A stretch of DNA of 64,000 bases from an uncultured Candidatus Saccharibacteria bacterium. Its GTDB lineage: Bacteria; Patescibacteriota; UBA1384; DTJR01. The DNA is taken from the NCBI GenBank assembly GCA_964580065.1, contig CAZOJE010000001.1, positions 23,717 through 87,716 of the forward strand, read 5' to 3'. The stretch's first letter is position 1; each line of letters begins with the position of its first letter. The position numbers were made by a program, and so were the translations under genes. Of this stretch, positions 6,961 to 16,900 are shown in pieces. The notes under the pieces were generated by a model. That model was not told where the DNA came from, did no database searches, and worked only from the letters and a program-made list of their open reading frames with translations.

Positions 6961-8981
6961 TAGACTGCTAGATTAATTTTGCTTTTTCTTATCTTATCAA
7001 AAGATAAGACTAATGTCATAAGAAATGCAACAGCAATCACAACGATAATGATAAACTCCGATTTAATATTAGCCATATTGCCGCCAGAGATTATTTCTCG
7101 CAAACCTTTAACGGCATAAGTCATTGGCAGATACGGGCTAATTTTGCTAAAAAATTTCGGGGATGTTTCGATTGGGTATGTGCCCGAAGCCGAAGTCAAC
7201 TGAAGCATTAAAAGTAAAATGCCTAAAAATTTACCGCCATCTTGCAAAGCACTGATTAAAAACTGCAAAATTGCTAAGAAGCACCAAGATATGAGAATTG
7301 TGAAAAAGAAGAAAAGAATGTAATTAAGCGGTCGTAAGCCAAGAGCAAAAATCAGAACGAGATCTAAAATGATTGCCTGAAGGGCGCCAAATTTTATTAA
7401 GGTTAGATATTTGGAAAGCGCTAGGATCGAAGAGGGGATTTCTGCTTCTTCTTGATCTTTACCGTCAACTCTAATGATTAAAAACAAGACAAGAGCCCCA
7501 ACCCAAAGCGAAAGAGGAATAAAATATGGGGCGAAACCGGTGCCATAATTTTCAACCCTATCGACGGAAGCGTCTTTTAAATTAATGGGATCTGACAAAA
7601 CAGACAGGTTCTGCTCGCTGTTTTGACTGTTAGCGTTATTTTTTATCTCTTTTGCGCCGTCTGATAATTTGCTCGAAAGTGAAGCAGCGCCGTTTTGCAA
7701 CTGATTCGTAGCTTGGCCAACTGTTCGTTGGCCAGAAATTACAGAGCTTAATCCTGAATCAAGCTTGCTAGCGCCATTATCGGCCTTTGATAACGCTGTA
7801 CTAATTTGGCCGGAAGCATCGACTAATTGTGAGGTGCCGGATTTTATTTGCGTGCTAGCCGGCAGAATTTGATTTTTATATGACAAATCAAGCATCTCGG
7901 TCTTGTCTGAAAGATCTGACAGTCCGCTTTTGAGCTGTGACATTCCAGATTGCAAAGCGGCGATATTTTGTAAATTGCTGGCAGATTGGGCTTGATTAAC
8001 GATCGTTGAAAGCATTAGTTGGGCAACTTGTTTGTTAGTAATGCCGTAGGATATGTTTATAGTATCGGGACTATCTAATAAAGTATTTATTGTTTGCAAT
8101 GTGGTTATGGTTGCATTAGTGTTTTTAATTAATTGATCGACACCGTTTTTGGTCTCATCGGACGCAGTACTTAATTTTTGGGTACCGTCGGTAAGATTTG
8201 ATAACGAAGAAGAAACCTGCGAAAGGCCATTGTCTAATTTTTGAGAACCAGCGGCGAGGTCGCTTAATTTAGTCGTAACCGTGCCTGAACCGTTTAATAT
8301 TTGGTTAATTGCGTCTGACAAAATAACTGTCCCGGAATGTAAACCGACCGTTCCGTCTGCGAGCGATTGATTTGCTTGAGCGATTTTATTTGCGCCTTCG
8401 GCGATTTGGCTAGAGGCATCTGAAGCTTCATTCATTTTGTCCGATATCGAAGCGGTTTGGACAAAAATATTTTCGAAATAATTTTTTGATATTTTTGTAC
8501 TTAAAGTGTGAGAAATTTCGCTAGCGACCCGGTTGATCAACTGGGCGCCTATCATGCTGTTGGACTCTCTAGCGATAAAAATCAAATTAGCTTTTTTGGG
8601 ATTGTTAGTCCCAACCGAAATTGTTTTTTGTGAAAAATCCGCTGGAATTTTGATTTCAGCGTAATAATTATAGTTTTCCAAACCTTTCTTGGCTTCATTT
8701 TCGTTAGTAGAACAAAACTTTAATGCGTCGTTGTCTTCGAGTTCGTTTACAAGGTCGTTTCCAAGGTTTATTTTTTGGCTATCTTTTGATGTGCCAATGT
8801 CCTCGTTGACTATAGCAACGGGAATGTTGTTCACACGGCTTGATGGGTCCCAGAAAGCCCAAAGATACAAAACACCATAAAGAAGGGGAATAAGTGTAAC
8901 AACGGTAAGGGCAACACGAATAAGCCGGCTCGAAACAAGCTTCTTTATTTGTTTTTTAGAATGGAATGTGGCTGCTGTCAT
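6960..8981 (-). CDS. YhgE/Pip-family membrane protein
   Basis: IPLLYG.LYLWAFWDP...IPVAIVNED, heptad repeats, NYGTGFAPYF, LQL..ASGTYPIE. Confidence 0.92.
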   Translation of the reverse strand: MTAATFHSKKQIKKLVSSRLIRVALTVVTLIPLLYGVLYLWAFWDPSSRVNNIPVAIVNEDIGTSKDSQKINLGNDLVNELEDNDALKFCSTNENEAKKGLENYNYYAEIKIPADFSQKTISVGTNNPKKANLIFIARESNSMIGAQLINRVASEISHTLSTKISKNYFENIFVQTASISDKMNEASDASSQIAEGANKIAQANQSLADGTVGLHSGTVILSDAINQILNGSGTVTTKLSDLAAGSQKLDNGLSQVSSSLSNLTDGTQKLSTASDETKNGVDQLIKNTNATITTLQTINTLLDSPDTINISYGITNKQVAQLMLSTIVNQAQSASNLQNIAALQSGMSQLKSGLSDLSDKTEMLDLSYKNQILPASTQIKSGTSQLVDASGQISTALSKADNGASKLDSGLSSVISGQRTVGQATNQLQNGAASLSSKLSDGAKEIKNNANSQNSEQNLSVLSDPINLKDASVDRVENYGTGFAPYFIPLSLWVGALVLFLIIRVDGKDQEEAEIPSSILALSKYLTLIKFGALQAIILDLVLIFALGLRPLNYILFFFFTILISWCFLAILQFLISALQDGGKFLGILLLMLQLTSASGTYPIETSPKFFSKISPYLPMTYAVKGLREIISGGNMANIKSEFIIIVVIAVAFLMTLVLSFDKIRKSKINLAV

Positions 8982-8985
8982 TTTA

Positions 8986-9005
8986 TGTACCGACTAGTCA
9001 GTATA
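8986..9005. promoter_or_regulatory. Probable TetR operator overlapping yhgE promoter
   Basis: Near-palindrome tgtaccgactagtcagtata next to start codon; minus-strand -35 ttgacg at 9026-9031. Confidence 0.65.
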
Positions 9006-9140
9006 ATAAAACAAATCTGCAATTTCGTCAAGACCCTTGATGCTAATTATTGCTGTTAAGAACCAAATATGGTAAAATTTGTCATGTTAGTAGGAAGAAA
9101 TCGCTTAAAAACGATATATTTGGATCACTGATAATTTTAT

Positions 9141-9215
9141 GGCGGCCGTAGTTTAACGGTAAAACTCCAGTTTGTGGCACTGGTGTCGAGGGTTCAACTC
9201 CCTCCGGTCGCCCCA
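9141..9215 (+). tRNA. tRNA-His(GTG)
   Basis: G-1; anticodon arm ccagt-ttGTGgc-actgg; CCA. Confidence 0.93.
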
Positions 9216-9222
9216 TCAATAT

Positions 9223-9717
9223 ATGATTTACAAATACTGTCCAGTTTGCGCTGGAGAATTAAAAACTAAAAGTTCATCCTGTCTCGTTTGCCAAAAATGT
9301 GGTTTTGAATTTTTTCAAAATTCCAAACCAACGGCATCAGGCCTTTTTCTTAACGAAAAGCAAGAAGTTTTACTTTTAAAACGCGCCATTTCGCCTTCTT
9401 TGGGGAAATGGGACATCCCGGGTGGTTTTTTAGAAAACGGCGAAGATCCGATTGAAGGATTAAGGCGAGAAATGCGCGAAGAGCTTTCCTCGGAAATCGA
9501 GCTAGGGCCGATTCTGACAATTTTTATAGACCACTATGGTAAAAACGAAGACGTGGTGTATACTTTTAATGTTTTTTACGAGGCGAAAATTTTATCTGAT
9601 GATATTAAACTAGATCATGAGAATTCCGAGTATAAATGGTTCGCTAAAGACGATATTCCGTGGAATGATTTAGCATTTCAGAACACTCATCACGCTTTGC
9701 ACGCTCTTTACAAATAG
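9223..9717 (+). CDS. NUDIX hydrolase with N-terminal zinc ribbon
   Basis: CPVC...CQKC; GGFLENGEDPIEGLRREMREE Nudix box; start moved past tRNA-His. Confidence 0.9.
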   Translation: MIYKYCPVCAGELKTKSSSCLVCQKCGFEFFQNSKPTASGLFLNEKQEVLLLKRAISPSLGKWDIPGGFLENGEDPIEGLRREMREELSSEIELGPILTIFIDHYGKNEDVVYTFNVFYEAKILSDDIKLDHENSEYKWFAKDDIPWNDLAFQNTHHALHALYK

Positions 9718-9724
9718 ATTTCAC

Positions 9725-9801
9725 GCCCCTGTAGCTCAACTGGATAGAGCGCCTGGCTTCGGACCAGGAGGTTGTGGGTTCGAGTCCTGCCAGGGGTACC
9801 A
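9725..9801 (+). tRNA. tRNA-Arg(TCG)
   Basis: Anticodon arm cctgg-ctTCGga-ccagg; GGTTCGAGTCC; CCA. Confidence 0.93.
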
Positions 9802-9906
9802 GACAATTTGGTTCTTGGCGACCGGAATGCCGTCATCGCCAAAAATCGACAGGTTAACGACAAAAATAAAAAATGGCTCAAAAGCCATTTTTTATTTGAT
9901 CAAATC

Positions 9907-10458
9907 TCAAAGTAGCTTATTAGTCCTTAATAGCTTATCGATTGATGCCTTGCATCGCATTGCGAGTTCCTCGGCTTCAATTGCCAAACCATTATTTTCT
10001 CCGACAAGTCGTGAAATTCCAAGAGATGGTAGAGGCGATCTTATCCCAACATAAAGTCGGCTATATGGCGGCACACCGATAGGTGCAGAACCTATTGTGT
10101 AACCAATGCCAACTCGTTCGATATCCATATCCTCACTGACCGATGCTCGCTTGGGATCCAGCTTGAGATGCTTAGTTGCATTTGCCAGGTCTCTTGCCCA
10201 TCTGAGTTCAGGGTCTACTTGGTAATACTTATTTACAATGTTTCGTTTTCTTTTGGGAACGCTCGGATCTTTGGTTATCCAATCTCTCAAACTAAGGCAA
10301 TCTTGAAAAAAATGAATAAAATCATCCTCTACTATTTGAATATCTTTTTCAAAACCATAATATGGGAGCTTAGGCTCATCTCCCCATTGCGAATGAGCAA
10401 TGCACTTTTCGTATGAGCGTAACATTCGTTCGTATTGTTCTTTAAATCCTCGTTCCAT
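9907..10458 (-). CDS. Hypothetical protein
   Basis: 183-aa ORF; FFQDCLSLRDW and RDLANATKH (HEPN-like appearance, uncertain). Confidence 0.65.
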   Translation of the reverse strand: MERGFKEQYERMLRSYEKCIAHSQWGDEPKLPYYGFEKDIQIVEDDFIHFFQDCLSLRDWITKDPSVPKRKRNIVNKYYQVDPELRWARDLANATKHLKLDPKRASVSEDMDIERVGIGYTIGSAPIGVPPYSRLYVGIRSPLPSLGISRLVGENNGLAIEAEELAMRCKASIDKLLRTNKLL

Positions 10459-10524
10459 AAGATTAACTTAACAAAAGTACACCACTCTTAACAAGAGTTC
10501 GATTTCTTCTGAAGATTCGGTCTG

Positions 10525-11817
10525 TTAATTGATTACCGACAGTTCCTTATTTCTCAAGCTCATTTTGATCTTAAGGCAGCTCAGGAGTTCTCGTTTTTCC
10601 TCTCTTGCTCCCTCGCGAAGCACAAACTTTGAGTAGTCTCTAAGATCTACTTTGTTATCTAAATCCTTGCTGATTTTTTGTTTTAGGATTTTCGACATAA
10701 ATCTCTCGTATCTATTTATCTCCGACTGTAAATGCTTTTGAGTATTAAGCGTATCGACATTGATATCATCAATAATTTTACAAATTTGTTCTGTAATCTC
10801 TTCTTCTCTTACATACGGCTGTTTACAATTTCGGTCTTTGCCACCAGTGCAGTGATAGTAGACATATCTTCTGATTACGCCATTATCTTGCCTTTTGAAC
10901 TTTTCTTCAGCTGTAACACCTGATCCGCAAACTCCGCAGAAAATGAGCTTGGTAAAGTCAAACTCTTTAGTTCCTGGCTTGGCTCTTGGAGCTACCACTA
11001 ATCTTTCCTGAACTTTATCAAATAGCTCTTTTGTAATGATTGATTCATGTCCGGCTTGATACCAAATTCCAGCACCTCTCGGGTATTCAAATGAACCGTA
11101 GTAGTAATGATTATTCAAAATTGCATAAATTGAACTTAATACCACTGGTTTTCCTTGCCTGGTTCTAAAATTGATTGAATTAAGCCAGTTTAATATTGTC
11201 CGGCCACTTTCACCATTTAAGGATCGCTCAAAAATCTCATGAATTACTGGTGCACGTTCAGGATCTAAGAATATTTTTTTGTATCCCTTTTTACCGCCAA
11301 TTTCATTCACATATCCTAGCGGTGGAGCACAGGGTCTGAATCCCATTTCACATTTGGCCTTAAGGCCTCGTTTTACATTAATAACCTTGTTGTCATTTTC
11401 GAGCTTCGCTTGGCTTCCTAAAATCATCAATAAGAACTTGTCATTCGGTGAATTAGTGAATATTTGATTGTAAGTTCTTATCTCAACAAGATAATTTTGG
11501 TCCATCAGATCTACCAAGGTTCCCAAATCACCAGCGTTTCTGCTTAATCTATCTGGTGCCCAGGTCAGAATACCTTGAATCTTGTCAGCCCGAATATCTT
11601 TGATTATAGACATGAATACTGGCCGTTCGGCCGAGTTTTTAGCTGAATGACTTTCTTTTCTGATATCAGCAACCTCCAAGCCATCCCGATCGGCGACCGC
11701 TAACATCTCTTTGAGCTGAGAATCGATGGAAAGAGCCTGTAATTCGTCTCTTTCGGTTGATTTACGAGCATAAAGGCAGAACTTGATCTTCTTATTTCCT
11801 GGCAGTATTGCTTCCAT
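10525..11817 (-). CDS. Large serine recombinase (resolvase + recombinase + Zn ribbon)
   Basis: YARKST, ESHSAK..RPVF, DRLSRN, PPLGY, CGVCG..YYHC; start taken at ATG 11817. Confidence 0.92.
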   Translation of the reverse strand: MEAILPGNKKIKFCLYARKSTERDELQALSIDSQLKEMLAVADRDGLEVADIRKESHSAKNSAERPVFMSIIKDIRADKIQGILTWAPDRLSRNAGDLGTLVDLMDQNYLVEIRTYNQIFTNSPNDKFLLMILGSQAKLENDNKVINVKRGLKAKCEMGFRPCAPPLGYVNEIGGKKGYKKIFLDPERAPVIHEIFERSLNGESGRTILNWLNSINFRTRQGKPVVLSSIYAILNNHYYYGSFEYPRGAGIWYQAGHESIITKELFDKVQERLVVAPRAKPGTKEFDFTKLIFCGVCGSGVTAEEKFKRQDNGVIRRYVYYHCTGGKDRNCKQPYVREEEITEQICKIIDDINVDTLNTQKHLQSEINRYERFMSKILKQKISKDLDNKVDLRDYSKFVLREGAREEKRELLSCLKIKMSLRNKELSVIN

Positions 11818-12100
11818 GGTAGGAGGGAAGGTACCGCAAGGGCTGGGCATGTCAAGCTCATTAAATGACTTTACAACAGGAGTAAATCTGCTAACATTAA
11901 GGTTGTTAATTGTACATTTTGAATACATTGCCTAAACCTTAGAAATTTTCTAAGGCATGGCATAAAATCCTTCGCAGATAATGAGCTCGTCGTCAGAGCA
12001 TCTGCGAAGGTTGTGATCCGAAAGGATTGCAGGTAGCCGTAAAAAGCTATCGCTGGCGGCGGGCTTTTTGTATCCGCTTCCGGTTAATCGAGGCAAGAAA

Positions 12101-13240
12101 ATGAAAATATTACATTTAAATCCGGATAAGAAATGGGTTCCGGTTGAAAAGCGATACTATAACGATGAAGCTCAACTTCAAGATCTCTTAACAAACGATG
12201 TTAACACTCTTCCGCTTGATGAAATAGGGTATGATTCCAAATTCGTCACAATAGGAAAGGAAGTAATCCTTCAAAATGGTGCGCTGGATGTTTTGGCGGT
12301 CAGTCCTCAAGGCCACATTGCTTTGATTGAAACAAAGCTCGAGAAAAACCCCGAAGTAAAGAGGACAGTCGTCGGTCAAATCCTCGGTTATGCCGCCTAT
12401 CTTTGGAATAAATCTTATGAAGAGATTGAAGGTAATTGTTTTAGAAAATTCCTACTCCAGCGTAAGGTCAATTTTCAAGGTTCGTTGTGTGAATATATGA
12501 AAGAGAAGATAGGAGAGGAGAATTTCTCAGAATCTGAATTCAAAGAAGGCCTGGAAAAGCGGCTTCGTCTCGGCAGTTTTACTCTTCTGATTGTTGTCGA
12601 TCAGGCCAATCAAGAGCTTAAAGATATCGCTAACTACCTGAATGATCGAACTGGGCAAGAAATCGACTTCTATGTGGTAGAGATGCAATTGGTTGGTGAT
12701 GAACAAGAGCATTTTTTGATACCCAGTCTAGCCAACCCTCCACGAAAAAATATTACCTACTCTGAGAAATCCAAGTCTAACGACAGCTATGATCGAACAC
12801 CGATTGCCAAAGAGGACTTTATAAAATTATTATCACAAAATGGCAAGAGAATTGCCGAAGCACTCCTTGGAAAATTTGAGGCAAGGGATGATGTAGATAT
12901 TGTTTGGCGCAAGAATGGATTCTCGCTGATGGCTAAGTATCCGAAGGATTTTGCCGTACCTGGTTATTCCACAAAATTTTCATTCTTATTTTTTAAGGCT
13001 CCTTCAAATGAACAAGACAGCGAGGAGCTTCAGTTTGGTTATTGCGAATGGCCCTATGAAAACATTCCCAAGCTCAAACCATTTATTGATGAATATGTTA
13101 GTTTCTATCGAACTATGCCTGGATACGACGCAAAACGTAAAACAACTAATGCGTTCAATGAATTTACCGTAGAACAGCAGAATAAATTTATTGGTCTCAT
13201 AGAGGAATCAGCTCGAGAATTAAAATCAAAAGTTTTATAA
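12101..13240 (+). CDS. PD-(D/E)XK nuclease-domain protein (NucS/DUF91-like N-terminus)
   Basis: EAQLQDLL, IGKEV...GALDVLAV...IALIETKL...R.VVGQILGYA. Confidence 0.75.
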   Translation: MKILHLNPDKKWVPVEKRYYNDEAQLQDLLTNDVNTLPLDEIGYDSKFVTIGKEVILQNGALDVLAVSPQGHIALIETKLEKNPEVKRTVVGQILGYAAYLWNKSYEEIEGNCFRKFLLQRKVNFQGSLCEYMKEKIGEENFSESEFKEGLEKRLRLGSFTLLIVVDQANQELKDIANYLNDRTGQEIDFYVVEMQLVGDEQEHFLIPSLANPPRKNITYSEKSKSNDSYDRTPIAKEDFIKLLSQNGKRIAEALLGKFEARDDVDIVWRKNGFSLMAKYPKDFAVPGYSTKFSFLFFKAPSNEQDSEELQFGYCEWPYENIPKLKPFIDEYVSFYRTMPGYDAKRKTTNAFNEFTVEQQNKFIGLIEESARELKSKVL

Positions 13241-13264
13241 ATAGTAATTAAGATTGGGGGAAAT

Positions 13265-13846
13265 ATGGCAAAGCAAACGTTTTCGAAAAAACAGCTTCTA
13301 ATAGCTGTAGGGGCAGCGGTAGTAATCTTTCTGATCGGATTTTATTCAGGAGATGCTTATCGCGTAAATAGAATTAAGAGTGCATTTAACAGCATCGGCT
13401 CGTTAGGCGAATCTCCCGATCTCAATAAAGACAAGAAACTGGTAGAAAAAAAGCTCGGGGAAGAAATCGATATTGTTAAGATGAAACTAACTGTTAATAA
13501 ATCCGAGGAAAAGAATTCCATATCAAGCAAATATGGTGATGCGAAGTCGGCTAAAGATAATGCAAAATTTGTCGTAGTAGATTTATCTGTTACAAACTCA
13601 ACTGATAGTGAATTTAACTTTTCTCCGAATAACACACTTCAACTGGTTGATAATCAGAATAGAAAGTATAAAACATACGACGACTCAATTGGCACAGTCG
13701 ACAACTATCTAGATGTGCGTGAACTATCACCAAGCATTGCCGAATCGGGCGTTCTCGTTTATGAGATTCCAAACGATGCCAGTAATTACTCACTTTGGAT
13801 CGATAAAGATGGATCTAGCGACAGATTCCAAGTCGGCCTAAAGTAA
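13265..13846 (+). CDS. DUF4352-domain membrane-anchored protein
   Basis: N-terminal TM; KFVVVDLSVTN...LVDNQNRKY...LSPS..SGVLVYEIP. Confidence 0.8.
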   Translation: MAKQTFSKKQLLIAVGAAVVIFLIGFYSGDAYRVNRIKSAFNSIGSLGESPDLNKDKKLVEKKLGEEIDIVKMKLTVNKSEEKNSISSKYGDAKSAKDNAKFVVVDLSVTNSTDSEFNFSPNNTLQLVDNQNRKYKTYDDSIGTVDNYLDVRELSPSIAESGVLVYEIPNDASNYSLWIDKDGSSDRFQVGLK

Positions 13847-13923
13847 CCGAGTCAGAAACCTCTTCCATACCTGTTACCTTGGTGATACTATTATATAAAT
13901 AATATCAACTTATTTATAATCAA

Positions 13924-16900
13924 ATGAAAGAAGAGCTAAAAGATATAAAAAGTAATATCGAGATTATGAATCTCATTAGGTATTGCCAAGGTTATATAAA
14001 GCTTGTTAATCCCTCGTTCAATAGATTCAGAATAAATTCTGACCCTATCGAAGAAAAATATCTAAGTACCGATATTCTATATCAAGACAGCGATGAGGAA
14101 GATGAATTTGAAATAAATCTGACAGAGTTTTACGAGAATGACCCTAAAAACGTTCCTGAAGAAGCAAAAGAAGAATATGCACAGCAAAAAGAACTCGCGC
14201 AACAGCTCGAGCAGATTAAGAATCGTTTTAATATAAGTGAGTACACAAAGCAGGTTAATCTCAATTTCGGATATTTTAAGGTAGAAGTGCCCGAACCGGA
14301 AGTAGATGAATTCTCTGAAGATGATACGGAGGAGAATAAGCCCAAGAAGAAAAAATCCGATATTTATCCATTATTCTCTTTACCAATTGAAGTTATAGTC
14401 GACAGGAAGTTTTCGATAAAATTGAAGGATGTGAATATTATTCCAAATATCGGTTTCTTATTCGATGTCCTTGGCGAAGAAAAATTTTATGAATTTGCTG
14501 ATTTTATAAACAAACAAGAGATAGAAGGAGCCCTCAGACTTCCGATACAAAAAAGAACTATCGATAACATATGGGCTGAGTTGAAAGCCAAACTTAAGCT
14601 TTCAGAAGCAATTTTTGACGAAAAGTCATTCGATCCTGATTTCTTTCTAGTTTCTCTTTCAGGCAAATCGAATTATTTCCTAGAGCAAGATTTTAATTCT
14701 TTGCTACAACTTGAAGAAACGGAATTTGAAGATACTTCACTGAGCAGCTGGAATACGGATGATCAACTATCAATAGATGAGCCAGTTAATGAACGAGACG
14801 GCGAATTATTTTTTCCATTTCCATACAATAAAGATCAGGTTGGCGTTCTATCTGCAATTAAAAATAAGGCTTGTATTGTAGAGGGACCTCCAGGCACAGG
14901 TAAATCTCAAACGATTGCAAATCTGTTGTGTCATTTTGCTGCAAATGGCAAAAGAGTGTTGTTCCTTAGCCAAAAAGCTCAAGCAATTAAGGTTGTGAAG
15001 GATTACTTAAAAAAACTAGATGTTCAATATCTTTATGGTTATATACCAAATAGATATTCCAGTCTCTATAATAGTGAAGAAGAAAGGGACGGTGCTTCAA
15101 TTTCATTACAATCAATTCATTTATATCTCAACTCATTAGCCTATGATGCTACTGATCAGACAGAAGAAGATCCAAGATCTATAAAATTTGAAGTTGAAGA
15201 TAAAATAAACGAAACCATAGAAATTGAAAGGAAAATTTACAGTACCTATCAAGAAAAAGAAGCATTAGAAAAATATAACATTGTAGCACTTGATTTTCAT
15301 AAGTTTAATAGCTCGGATGATGATGAAATATTACAACTTTTGGAATTAGATCAAACTATTGATGAGCTAAAGAGACAACTAGATAAATATTATTCGGAAA
15401 ATTCCAAGTATGTAATAAGGTTAAATAAATTGTTCGCAAATATTGATACGAACAATAGTCATTACTCTTTAGCAATCAACGGAGTAATAAACGATATACC
15501 GCAGAATGCATTTGAAAGGGATGGATTGATTCAAAATTTAAAAAAACAACTTATCAAGAACCATTTGAAAAAATATACAAATACCTTGCCGAAAGAAGTT
15601 TACAGTTTTTTTCAAGAGATAATAGATAAATCCACCTCAAGAGCAGAGAAGATAAAAGAACTAAATGGGTTAAAGGATTATTTCAGCTTTTGTGAAAATA
15701 CAATAAAGAATGAGTTGGATCATGTCGACTTTAATGGGCGACTAGAACGGATTGGTCTCAACCAGAAAAGTTTTAATAAACTTAAAAAAATTGTTAGCTC
15801 CGATCAGCATGGATTGGAAAATATACGAAGATACTCGCAAGTTCACTCAGAGATCGAAGAAATTAAACTTAGTAATCCGAATGAGCTAAATAAATATTTG
15901 CATAAAATACAGGATGCGGAAGGAAAGTATATTGCGAATTATCTTCAAAATATAATAATCAATAATCTTAGGGAGATCACTAAAAATGCGACGATCAAAG
16001 GAATCTTGGCAAGAATCGCTAAGAGCTTACAAAAGAGCAAGAAAGCATATAAGACATTCGACAAGTTTAAAAACGAGCCGATCAATTTTTATGTTATGAG
16101 AGAAGCGGTTCCTATCTGGATCATGGACTTGGAAGATGTAAGCAGGCTCATACCACTAGAAAAAAACTTATTCGATTATGTAATTCTCGATGAGGCCTCA
16201 CAATGCAATATCGCATATGCAATGCCTGCAATGTTCAGAGCAGAGAGAGCAATTTTGGTTGGTGATAGTGAGCAGATGAGGGACGACTCAGTAAGGTTTA
16301 AAACTAATAAGTCTTTGGAAATGCTGGCTAAAAAATTTGATATTCCCGACTTCTTGCAGATAAAGGCTATTGGAGATTCAGTTCAGTCAATTATTGATAT
16401 CGGTTACAAGAGAGGCTTTATGATGAAGCCATTAACTTATCACTATAGGTCGCCTAAAGAGCTTATCGGATTTTCAAACGATAATTTCTATGCGCCAAAA
16501 GGTAAAAAATTAAAGGTAATAAACACTAATTATCTGACCTATAAAGATACGAATAGAGTTTTAGTTAATCACATCATAAAACCAAGCAAGGAATTAGACA
16601 TTTCCAGCAAGTCGAATATTGCAGAAGCCAAATATATTTGCAAATTAGTAGAAGAGCTCAAAACAGATCCTAAGACAAAAAATAAGTCCATAGGGGTTCT
16701 ATCCTTCTTTGCTAATCAGGCAGCTCTTTTGAGAGATATGATAAAAGATGAAAAAATTAAAGTTTCTATTATTGAAGGAATCCAGGGAGACGAGAAAGAT
16801 ATAATTATTTACTCAATGGTAATTTGCGACCCAGGTCAAAAAAGAATGTATATTCCCCTAACTGGTGAAGGCGGAGAAATAAATAAAGGATTAAACGAAG

